A stretch of 13,436 nt of DNA. Source: Elusimicrobiota bacterium (GTDB taxonomy: Bacteria; Elusimicrobiota; Elusimicrobia; UBA1565). Position numbers and translations under genes: made by a program. Positions 6,805 through 13,436 of this stretch are shown here, piece after piece; position 1 is the stretch's first letter, and every line of letters starts with the position of its first letter. The notes beneath the pieces are model-generated. The model was given only the letters and a program-made list of their open reading frames with translations. It was not told where the DNA came from and searched no databases. The stretch is taken from contig JBDREN010000039.1 in NCBI GenBank assembly GCA_043819795.1, positions 1-13,436 of the forward strand, read 5' to 3'.

Positions 6805-8315
6805 CCCACGACCCCCCGCGGGACGGCGAAGCGGAGCACGTGCTCCACGACCGCCTGGTTGAAGACGCCCAGGATCAGGACGAGCGCCGCGAGCACGAGC
6901 GCCGGCACCAAGAACGCCGCCGGAGCCTCCCGCGCGGGCGCCGCCTCCGGCTGGTCGGCGGGGGCCGGCTCCCTAAAGTAGAGCTGCTCGATGACGCGGA
7001 AGAAGTAGACGGCGCCCAGCAGGGTGCTGGCCGCCAGGGCGGCCACGAAGGGCCAGGCGCCGGCCTGCACGGCCCCGCTCACGAGGTAGAGCTTGCTGAA
7101 GAAGCCGCAGGTGGGCGGCAGGCCGATCATCGCGACCGCGGCCGTGGTGAAGGCCGCCGCGGTCCAGGGCATGCGCGCGCCGAGCCCGGCGAGGGCGGGG
7201 ATGTCGGTCTTCCCGGTGCGGGCCCGGATGCCGGCGACCGCCACGAACATGCAGCCCTTCATGACGGCGTGGTTGAGGATGTGCAAAAGCGCCCCGGTGA
7301 GGGCGAGGGCGTTGCCGATCGCGAGGCCGAGCACGATGTAGCCGATCTGGGCGACGCTCGAGTAGGCGAGCATGCGGCGGATGTCGCGCTGGGCGAGGGC
7401 CAGGACCGAGGCGCCAACGATCCCGGCGGCCGCGACCCAGCCGAGCACCTCCAGGGTCATCGCGGCCGGCCCTTGAGCGAGGAACACCGAGTAGAGCACG
7501 CGCAGCAGGACGTAGACGGAGACCTTCGACGTCACGGCCGAAACGAAGGGCATGACCGAGGCCGGCGCGTAGGTGTAGGCGTCGGGCTGCCAGCCGTGGA
7601 CGGGGAACAGCGCCATCTTGATGGCCAGCCCGGCGACGATGAACGAGAGCCCGGCCACGGCCGCCCGGGAGTCCAGCAGGGCCGGCAGGCGGGCGGACAT
7701 GTCCGCCATATTGAGCGTGCCGGTCAGGGCGTAGAGGTAGGCGAGCCCGAGCACCCAGAAGGTGGCGCCCACGCTGCCGATGATGAGGTAGCGATACGCC
7801 GCGACCGCGCCCCGGTTGCCCCCGGCGGCCACCAGCGCGTAGCCGGCCAGCGCGGAGATCTCCAGGAATACGTAGAGGTTGAAGAGGTCGCCGGTCAGCG
7901 CGATCCCGAGAAGCCCGGCCACGAGCAGCAGATAGAGGGCGTGGAACGCTCCTGAGCGCATGGCGCCGCCGCCCTCCCGCGCCAGCCCGAAGAACACGAG
8001 CAACGCGAAGAAAGAAACAAGGACCGCGACCGCCCCGCTCAGCGGGTCGATGACGTACTCGATGCCCCACGGCGGCGCCCAGCCGCCGAACTTGTAGTGG
8101 ATGGGCCCCTCGACGATCGCGTGCGCGAGGGCGGCGGCCGCCAGAGCGAGGGTGGCCGCGAGGACCACGGCCGCCAGCGCCCGCATCCAGCGCACCGAGC
8201 GCAGCGCCAGGACGGGGGCCAGGATGCCCGTGACGAGCGGCCCGAGCACGATGAGGGCCGGCATCTGCTGCCACGCGTGGAGCCCCGACGCGACGGGCTG
8301 GAGCTCGGCGGTCAC
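6801..8315 (-). CDS. mrpD: Mrp/Mnh Na+/H+ antiporter subunit D (first copy), 504 aa
   Basis: GGWAPPWGIEY, TGDLFNLYVFLEIS, TGTLNMAD, IKMALFPVHGWQPDAY, RRMLAYSSVAQIGY, GFFSK. GTG start overlaps the mrpC stop. Confidence 0.93.
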   Translation of the reverse strand: MTAELQPVASGLHAWQQMPALIVLGPLVTGILAPVLALRSVRWMRALAAVVLAATLALAAAALAHAIVEGPIHYKFGGWAPPWGIEYVIDPLSGAVAVLVSFFALLVFFGLAREGGGAMRSGAFHALYLLLVAGLLGIALTGDLFNLYVFLEISALAGYALVAAGGNRGAVAAYRYLIIGSVGATFWVLGLAYLYALTGTLNMADMSARLPALLDSRAAVAGLSFIVAGLAIKMALFPVHGWQPDAYTYAPASVMPFVSAVTSKVSVYVLLRVLYSVFLAQGPAAMTLEVLGWVAAAGIVGASVLALAQRDIRRMLAYSSVAQIGYIVLGLAIGNALALTGALLHILNHAVMKGCMFVAVAGIRARTGKTDIPALAGLGARMPWTAAAFTTAAVAMIGLPPTCGFFSKLYLVSGAVQAGAWPFVAALAASTLLGAVYFFRVIEQLYFREPAPADQPEAAPAREAPAAFLVPALVLAALVLILGVFNQAVVEHVLRFAVPRGVVG

Positions 8316-8677
8316 CGGGCGCGCAGCCTTTCGAGCAGCTCGGGCTCATCGAGAGTCCCGTAGCGGCGGTAGATGGCGACCAGGAGCGCCAGGGCGACGC
8401 CGGTCGTCGCGACGCTCACCACGATCGCCGTGAGCATCAGCGCGTGCGGCAGGGGATTGACGTAGGCCGCGGCGTGGTCCGCGCCGTGGCTGAGGATAGG
8501 CGCCGAGGCTCCCGTCCGCTCGGCCAGCGTCAGGTAGAGGACGATCACGGCCACCTGGAAGATGTTCATCGCCATGAGCTTGCGCATGAGGTTCGGACGC
8601 GCGAGCATCCCGTGGACGCCGATGATCAGCAGCAGGGCCACGGCCCAGTAGTTCGCGATGGCGTAGAAATCAGCCAT
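8312..8677 (-). CDS. mrpC: Mrp/Mnh antiporter subunit C
   Basis: NLMRKLMAMNI and NPLPHALMLTAIVV signature; 3 TM, 121 aa. Confidence 0.93.
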   Translation of the reverse strand: MADFYAIANYWAVALLLIIGVHGMLARPNLMRKLMAMNIFQVAVIVLYLTLAERTGASAPILSHGADHAAAYVNPLPHALMLTAIVVSVATTGVALALLVAIYRRYGTLDEPELLERLRAR

Positions 8678-9110
8678 ATTCGTCCCTGCGCCGGTCGGTC
8701 AGGAGGTCGAAGATGAGGACCATGGTCCCCATGACGCCGATCGTCACGCCGATCTCGATGCCGAGGATGCCCAGCCAGCGCAGCCGGGGCGCGGGCAGCG
8801 GGAAGGGCAGGAAGCTGTAGTCCAGGTAGTTGCCGCCGGACGCGAGGCATACGATCCCCACGGCGGCGTAGATGAGGACGCCGGACGCGGCCAGGATGAG
8901 CGCCTGCCTACGGTCGACGCCCCAGCCGGCCCGGCGTCCGCGGACCAGGCGGATGAGGATGAGGGCCCCCGCCAGGATCGTCCCGCCCTGGAAGCCCCCG
9001 CCGGGGCTGTGGTGGCCATGGAAGAGCACGTAGAGCGCGAACAGGAGGATGTAGGGCGTCAGCAGGCGCGCCGCGCAGTCCAGCACCGCGCTGCCGAAGG
9101 GCCGCTTCAT
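8670..9110 (-). CDS. mrpB: Mrp/Mnh antiporter subunit B (MnhB domain)
   Basis: HGHHSPGGGFQGG motif and C-terminal EIGVTIGV; 146 aa. Confidence 0.92.
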   Translation of the reverse strand: MKRPFGSAVLDCAARLLTPYILLFALYVLFHGHHSPGGGFQGGTILAGALILIRLVRGRRAGWGVDRRQALILAASGVLIYAAVGIVCLASGGNYLDYSFLPFPLPAPRLRWLGILGIEIGVTIGVMGTMVLIFDLLTDRRRDEYG

Positions 9111-9418
9111 GGCTCCCTCCGCCCGCGGGACCGGGCCTTCAAAGGCTTCCGCTTTCTCGTGCCCAAAATGAGCAGGCAGGCGAGGCCGGCCGTCAAGATG
9201 ACGGTGGTCTCCCCCAGGGTGTCGTAGCCGCGGTAATCGGCGAGGACCGCGGTCACGACGTTGGGCGTGTCGGTGTCCTGGAGCGAATCGTGGATGTAGC
9301 GCGGCGAGACGTGCACCGTGCCGGGGTCGCCCGGGTCTCCGATCGGCGGCAGGCCGGGCGCGGCGTAGAACAGCACGACGGCGGCGAAGAACGCGGCCAG
9401 GAAGCCCACGGCCCTCAT
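9107..9418 (-). CDS. MbhE-like subunit (MrpA C-terminal / MrpB N-terminal piece), 103 aa
   Basis: TPNVVTAVLADYRGYDTLGE motif. ATG 9418 overlaps the upstream stop. Confidence 0.88.
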   Translation of the reverse strand: MRAVGFLAAFFAAVVLFYAAPGLPPIGDPGDPGTVHVSPRYIHDSLQDTDTPNVVTAVLADYRGYDTLGETTVILTAGLACLLILGTRKRKPLKARSRGRREP

Positions 9419-9660
9419 CCGCGCCTCCTCCCGTGGGAGCGGCGGATCGCCGACACGAAGAAGACCGTCGCGATGACGGCGCCCAGGGCCGCCTCGGTGA
9501 AGGCCACGTCGAGCGCGCCGACGATCGCGTAGAACGTGGCCGAGAAGAAGCTGAAGGCTCCGAACAGGATGACCGCCGCTAGAAGGTCGGGGGCCTCGAG
9601 CGCGGCGACCGCCACCACGATGAGCAAGGCCAAGAAGAGGGTGTCGAGGGGCTGGATCAC
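9415..9660 (-). CDS. DUF4040 / MbhD-like subunit (MrpA C-terminal piece), 81 aa
   Basis: DLLAAVILFG and GALDVAFTEAALGA (cf. APDVAxTEA). GTG 9660 overlaps the mrpG stop. Confidence 0.87.
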   Translation of the reverse strand: MIQPLDTLFLALLIVVAVAALEAPDLLAAVILFGAFSFFSATFYAIVGALDVAFTEAALGAVIATVFFVSAIRRSHGRRRG

Positions 9661-10004
9661 CGCGTTTCCCCCTTCTCTTCCTTCCTCCACGGAGCCAGGC
9701 CCGAGAGCAGCGCCGCGCGCCCAAGCGCGTGGGTGGCGGTCGGGTTGGCGAGGGCGATGAAGACCAGGATCGCGAGGATCTTGAGGGCGACCAGCACGCG
9801 CTCGGGCGAGAGCCCTCCGGCCAGCTCGTGGAGGGCCAGGCCGCCGAGCATGAGCGTCACGCCCAGCGTATCGCACTTGCCCTGGGCGTGCAGGCGGGAG
9901 TAGAAGTCGGGCAGGCGCAGGACGCCGACGATGCCGAACAGGATGAACAGAAATCCCGAGCCCAGCAGGAGCCCCGTCGCCCAGCGCGCCAGCGCGGCCG
10001 TCAC
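9657..10004 (-). CDS. mrpG: Mrp/Mnh antiporter subunit G, 115 aa
   Basis: GVLRLPDFYSRLHAQGKCDTLG and NPTATHALGRAA. GTG 10004 overlaps the mrpF stop. Confidence 0.92.
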   Translation of the reverse strand: MTAALARWATGLLLGSGFLFILFGIVGVLRLPDFYSRLHAQGKCDTLGVTLMLGGLALHELAGGLSPERVLVALKILAILVFIALANPTATHALGRAALLSGLAPWRKEEKGETR

Positions 10005-10267
10005 GCCCTGCCCCCGGTCTCGAAGAACTTGGCCAGCGCCAGGGTCCCGATGAAGCTGATGAGGGCGTAGGTGAGGGAGATGTCCACGAGGAACTCGGAG
10101 CGGCGGGTGATCGTCCCGATGAGGACGAGCAGGACCGTGGTCTTCGTCCCGATCAGCCCGAGGCCCGTCAAGCGGTCGAAATGGGTCGGCCCGCGCACGA
10201 GACGATAGAGCGAGAGCAGCATCGCGACCCCGAGGGCCAGCGCGGCGCCGAAGAAAAGAGCGCTCAT
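10001..10267 (-). CDS. mrpF: Mrp/Mnh antiporter subunit F, 88 aa
   Basis: RLVRGPTHFDRL and DISLTYALISFIGTLALAKF. Confidence 0.92.
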   Translation of the reverse strand: MSALFFGAALALGVAMLLSLYRLVRGPTHFDRLTGLGLIGTKTTVLLVLIGTITRRSEFLVDISLTYALISFIGTLALAKFFETGGRA

Positions 10268-10761
10268 GCGTCCTCACCCCGGGCGGCGAAGAGGCGGGCG
10301 ACGCGCCGGGGCATCTCGCCTTCACCCTCCTTCGGCTTGAGGGACTCTCCGGCGGCCGGCGTAAGGGCGTGGACGGTGTACGCGTCGCCCTCCTGGTCGA
10401 GGGTCACCGTGCCGGGGGTCAGCGTGATCGAGTTGGTCAGCGTCAGATGGGCCACCGTATTGGGCAGGCGGCACGTGAAGCGCACCAGACGGGGGTCGAT
10501 CGGCATCTTCGGGTGGAGCACGATCGCGGCCACCTGGACGGCCGAGAGCACGATCTGCCAGACGAGCCACGACAGGTAGACGGGCCAGCGCGTCCAGGTG
10601 CGCACGTAGAAGGGCTCGATCGGCGGCCGCAGGCGCCCCAGGCGGCGGGTCGCGAAGGCCACCGAGGCCGCGCTCAGCGCGCCCAGGCACAGATGGAACG
10701 CGTCGAGCTTCCCGGACAGAACGACCCAGAAGGCGAAAAGGACCAGCGCGAGGATCAGCAT
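10264..10761 (-). CDS. mrpE: Mrp/Mnh antiporter subunit E, 165 aa
   Basis: FWVVLSG, PIDP and NSITLTPGTVT signature. ATG overlaps the nadE stop (TGATG). Confidence 0.93.
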   Translation of the reverse strand: MLILALVLFAFWVVLSGKLDAFHLCLGALSAASVAFATRRLGRLRPPIEPFYVRTWTRWPVYLSWLVWQIVLSAVQVAAIVLHPKMPIDPRLVRFTCRLPNTVAHLTLTNSITLTPGTVTLDQEGDAYTVHALTPAAGESLKPKEGEGEMPRRVARLFAARGEDA

Positions 10762-12401
10762 CAGAGCCGGTGGCGTCCGCGGGCGATCGGCATGCGGCGT
10801 CCGCCCCCGAAGGCCTTCGGGCTCACGCGCAAGGCCGGAGGAGCCTGGCGCCGCTTGTATTCATTGCGGTCGACGCGGTCCAGGACCTCCGCCACGAGGC
10901 TTTTGGGATGGCCGAGGCGCGCGATGGAGGAGGCGTCTTGCCCCTCCTCGACGTAGGCGCGCAGAATCGAGTCGAGCACGCCGTAGGGCGGCAGGTCGTC
11001 CTGGTCGGTCTGATCAGGCTTGAGCTCGGCCGAGGGCGGCTTGTCGATCGACGATTGGGGGATGCGCTCGCCGTCGCGGTTCATCCAGCGGGCCAGGGCG
11101 TAGACCGACGTCTTCAGGACGTCGGCGATGACCCCCAGGCCGCCGCTCATGTCGCCGTAGAGCGTGCAGTACCCCACCGAGAGCTCGGACTTGTTCCCGG
11201 TCGACAGGAGCAGCGCTCCCGTCTTGTTGGAAAGCGCCATCAGGAGGTTGCCGCGGATGCGCGCCTGCAGGTTCTGCTCGGCCAGCCCGCTGGGGGTGTC
11301 GCGGAAGGCCTCGCTCAGGGCCGCCATCATGGCGTCGTAGACGCCGGTGATCGTGAACTGGAAGAGCCTCACCCCGAGGTTGTTGGCCAGGGCCTGCGCG
11401 TCGGCCACGCTCCCCTCCGAGGAATGCATCGACGGCAGCGCGACCCCCATGACGTGGTCCGGGCCGAGGGCGTCGGCGGCCAGCGCGCACGTGACGGCCG
11501 AGTCGATGCCGCCCGAGAGGCCCACGACCACGTCGCGGAAGGCGCACTTGCGGGCGTAGTCCCGGATGCCGAGCACCAGCGCCCTGTAAAGCTCCTCGAT
11601 GTCGTCGAGCTCGCTCCAGCGCGCGGCCGGCACCTCGGCCGCGGGATCGATGACGAGCAGGTCCTCCTCGAAGGCCTTCCCCTGCCGCACCAGGCGTCCG
11701 CGCGCGTCCAGAGCGAAGCTGTTGCCGTCGAAGAGCAGCTCGTCGTTGCCGCCGACGAGCGCGCAGCACGCCAGAGGGCGCCGGGTCTTGGCGGCGTGGG
11801 CGCGCAGCACCCGGTTGCGGAGCGCGACCTTCCCGCGCTCGTAGGGCGAGGCCGCGATGTTGAGCATCAGGTCCGCGCCCTCCGCCGCGTGGCGCCGGAT
11901 AGGGTCGAGCGCGTAGCGGCGCCGGCCCAGGAGGTCCTCGTCGTTCCAGGCGTCCTCGCAGATCGTCAGGCCGATGCGGCGTCCGTGGAAGCGGAAGGGC
12001 TTGTTCTCCTTGGCCGGCTCGAAGTAGCGGCCCTCGTCGAATACGTCGTAGGTCGGCAGCAGGGTCTTGCAGCGCTTGGCCACGATCTTCCCCCGGTGCA
12101 GGAGGGCCGCGGCGTTCTGCAGGGGCTTGCCGGTCCGGCTCGGATTCTCGGCGGCGTAGCCGACGATGAGGCCGGTGTTGCCGGCGGAGCGGGCCAGGGT
12201 CTTGAGGGCGCCCAGGTTCGCCCGGATGAAGTCGGGATGCTCGAGCAGGTCGCGGGGCGGATAGCCGGTGATCGTCAGCTCAGGGAAAAGGACCACGTCC
12301 ACGCCCAGAGCGCGCGCCTTGCGGTAGGACGACCGGATCGACTCGAGGTTGCCCCGGATGTCCCCGACCGTCGTGTTGATCTGGGCGAGGGCGATCTTCA
12401 A
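10761..12401 (-). CDS. nadE: Glutamine-dependent NAD+ synthetase, 546 aa
   Basis: Nitrilase-fold glutaminase domain (KIALAQIN, FPEL, KTLLPTYDVFDE, TICED carrying the Glu-Lys-Cys triad) plus synthetase domain (GLSGGIDS, NLQARIRG, TGNKSE, GYCTLYGD, PPSAELKPDQ, EYKRRQAPP). Start taken as TTG 12401. Confidence 0.96.
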   Translation of the reverse strand: MKIALAQINTTVGDIRGNLESIRSSYRKARALGVDVVLFPELTITGYPPRDLLEHPDFIRANLGALKTLARSAGNTGLIVGYAAENPSRTGKPLQNAAALLHRGKIVAKRCKTLLPTYDVFDEGRYFEPAKENKPFRFHGRRIGLTICEDAWNDEDLLGRRRYALDPIRRHAAEGADLMLNIAASPYERGKVALRNRVLRAHAAKTRRPLACCALVGGNDELLFDGNSFALDARGRLVRQGKAFEEDLLVIDPAAEVPAARWSELDDIEELYRALVLGIRDYARKCAFRDVVVGLSGGIDSAVTCALAADALGPDHVMGVALPSMHSSEGSVADAQALANNLGVRLFQFTITGVYDAMMAALSEAFRDTPSGLAEQNLQARIRGNLLMALSNKTGALLLSTGNKSELSVGYCTLYGDMSGGLGVIADVLKTSVYALARWMNRDGERIPQSSIDKPPSAELKPDQTDQDDLPPYGVLDSILRAYVEEGQDASSIARLGHPKSLVAEVLDRVDRNEYKRRQAPPALRVSPKAFGGGRRMPIARGRHRL

Positions 12402-12406
12402 TGATG

Positions 12407-12877
12407 TCAGTACTTGGGCGCCACGTATCCCGGGTGCGACTGGTATTGCTGCGACGAACCGCAGAAGTAGTCGAAAAGCTGGCCCGCCTCGACCCGGGCG
12501 GCGTCGAGACGCGCGCGCATCTGGCTGAGCGTCTCCTCCGAGACGAAGCGCCTGGCGTCCGCGAGCCCCTTGATGGCCGCGATCTCGACGAGCTCCGCGT
12601 CCACGCCGGCGGCGGAGGAGGCGTCCATCGCGCCCCTGAGGATGGCGGCCGCGCCGCGCCCCATGGGGCACTCCATGAGGACCAGTCCCGCGACGGCGCC
12701 GCGGCAGACCTCCATGACGGCCTCCTGGATCTCGTAGTTCGAGAGCCGGTGGCCCTTGAGGCGCGCGATCACCGTGCCGCGCACCACCTCGGCCGCCAGG
12801 AGCGTCGGGTCCGCGAGGTTGCGGATCTGGGTGACGACCATTTCCTTGGTCAGCTGCGCGAGATTAAAGCTCTCCAT
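12407..12877 (-). CDS. Hypothetical alpha-helical protein (156 aa), paralog of 12900-13346
   Basis: ATG 12877 with strong SD GGAGGAG at 12882-12888. Aligns over its length with the neighbouring ORF. Confidence 0.85.
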   Translation of the reverse strand: MESFNLAQLTKEMVVTQIRNLADPTLLAAEVVRGTVIARLKGHRLSNYEIQEAVMEVCRGAVAGLVLMECPMGRGAAAILRGAMDASSAAGVDAELVEIAAIKGLADARRFVSEETLSQMRARLDAARVEAGQLFDYFCGSSQQYQSHPGYVAPKY

Positions 12878-12899
12878 GACACTCCTCCCGTCCTTTCGC

Positions 12900-13346
12900 T
12901 CACCCGCGGATCTTTCCGCAGAGCTCGTTGAATATCGTTCCGGCTCCCATGAACGCCGAGTCGATGGCGCCCCGGATCGCTTCAAGCTGGCTCGCCTGGA
13001 TCATCGGCGCGTTGTCGGCGATGCCTTCCATGGCCCAGGTCATCATCTCGGTCGACTCCAGGCCCACCTGCTGTCCGGCGTCGGCCAGCTGCTTGAGGAT
13101 CTCGACCGAGCCCTCGGCCAGGTCGGCCTCCAGGAGCAGCAGCCCCGCGATGATCCCCTTCGTGATGAGGCGGACCGATTCGCTCGGCGGCTGCGTGGAC
13201 CCGGCGGCCTTCGTCCCCTTGATCCCCGCGACGATCGTCTGGCGGGCGAGATCGGCGGCCTTGGCCGGCGCGTCCGGGTCGCCCTTGAGACGGGCAACGA
13301 CCATCTCCTTGGCCAACAGGTCGAACCGATACTTTTCGCCGCTCAC
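12900..13346 (-). CDS. Hypothetical alpha-helical protein (148 aa), paralog of 12407-12877
   Basis: GTG 13346 with SD-like AGGCGG. Ordinary globular amino-acid composition, and paralogy to the downstream ORF. Confidence 0.85.
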   Translation of the reverse strand: MSGEKYRFDLLAKEMVVARLKGDPDAPAKAADLARQTIVAGIKGTKAAGSTQPPSESVRLITKGIIAGLLLLEADLAEGSVEILKQLADAGQQVGLESTEMMTWAMEGIADNAPMIQASQLEAIRGAIDSAFMGAGTIFNELCGKIRG

Positions 13347-13355
13347 CGTACCGCC

Positions 13356-13392
13356 TGATATTTAAGTTTTTTTCACGGCAATTTGCAATCAA
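13356..13392 (-). promoter_or_regulatory. AT-rich putative promoter region for the minus-strand gene string
   Basis: Minus strand TTGCAA, 17-18 nt, (T)TAAATA directly upstream of the first gene. The -10 match is imperfect. Confidence 0.35.
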
Positions 13393-13435
13393 AAAGAGGG
13401 TCTTGGGGATCGGCGGAAAATCCCCGAGGGCTTTT
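13391..13435. terminator. Probable intrinsic terminator, possibly bidirectional
   Basis: AAAAA..CTTGGGGAT-CGGCGGAAA-ATCCCCGAG..TTTT: a stem flanked by A and T tracts. Confidence 0.5.
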
Positions 13436-13436
13436 A

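Noticed and set aside
3323..8433. Long alternative-frame and antisense ORFs (e.g. 3323-5167, 4796-6862, 6471-7955, 6973-8349)
   Set aside because: Arg/Gly/Pro/Ala-rich shadows of GC-rich mrp genes with no motifs. The same applies to 2148-3122 and 10770-12404.
3355..10761. Complex I (nuo) or membrane-bound hydrogenase operon
   Set aside because: MrpE, F, G and B are present, and NuoH, Fe-S and catalytic subunits are absent, so it is called Mrp-type.
12402..12671. 90-aa N-terminal extension of NadE in the ORF track (similar extensions on MDR, RluE, MrpG, DUF4040, MbhE-like and MrpD3)
   Set aside because: Low-complexity and overlapping real upstream genes. Family homology begins at downstream starts that fit the stop/start junctions.

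Overview
High-GC bacterial window, lineage not determinable from sequence alone. Most of it (3355-13346, minus strand) is one tightly packed gene string: two paralogous unknown helical proteins, glutamine-dependent NAD+ synthetase (nadE), then a stand-alone Mrp/Mnh cation/H+ antiporter cluster in the order E-F-G-DUF4040-MbhE-like-B-C-D-D-small membrane protein-D, with no full-length MrpA. The left part has a minus-strand pair (DUF3147-like membrane protein and a zinc-free MDR oxidoreductase) divergent from rluE and a class I SAM methyltransferase. The first ~450 nt look non-coding: an AT-richer edge, three tandem 42-bp repeats and a long hairpin. The least expected observations are the paralogous pair heading the nadE-mrp string, a 19-codon ORF bridging two mrpD genes across an RBS-hiding hairpin, a Lys-to-Asn change at a key MrpD site, and the tRNA-3'-end-like tandem repeat. 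No system can be shown to be new without database searches.
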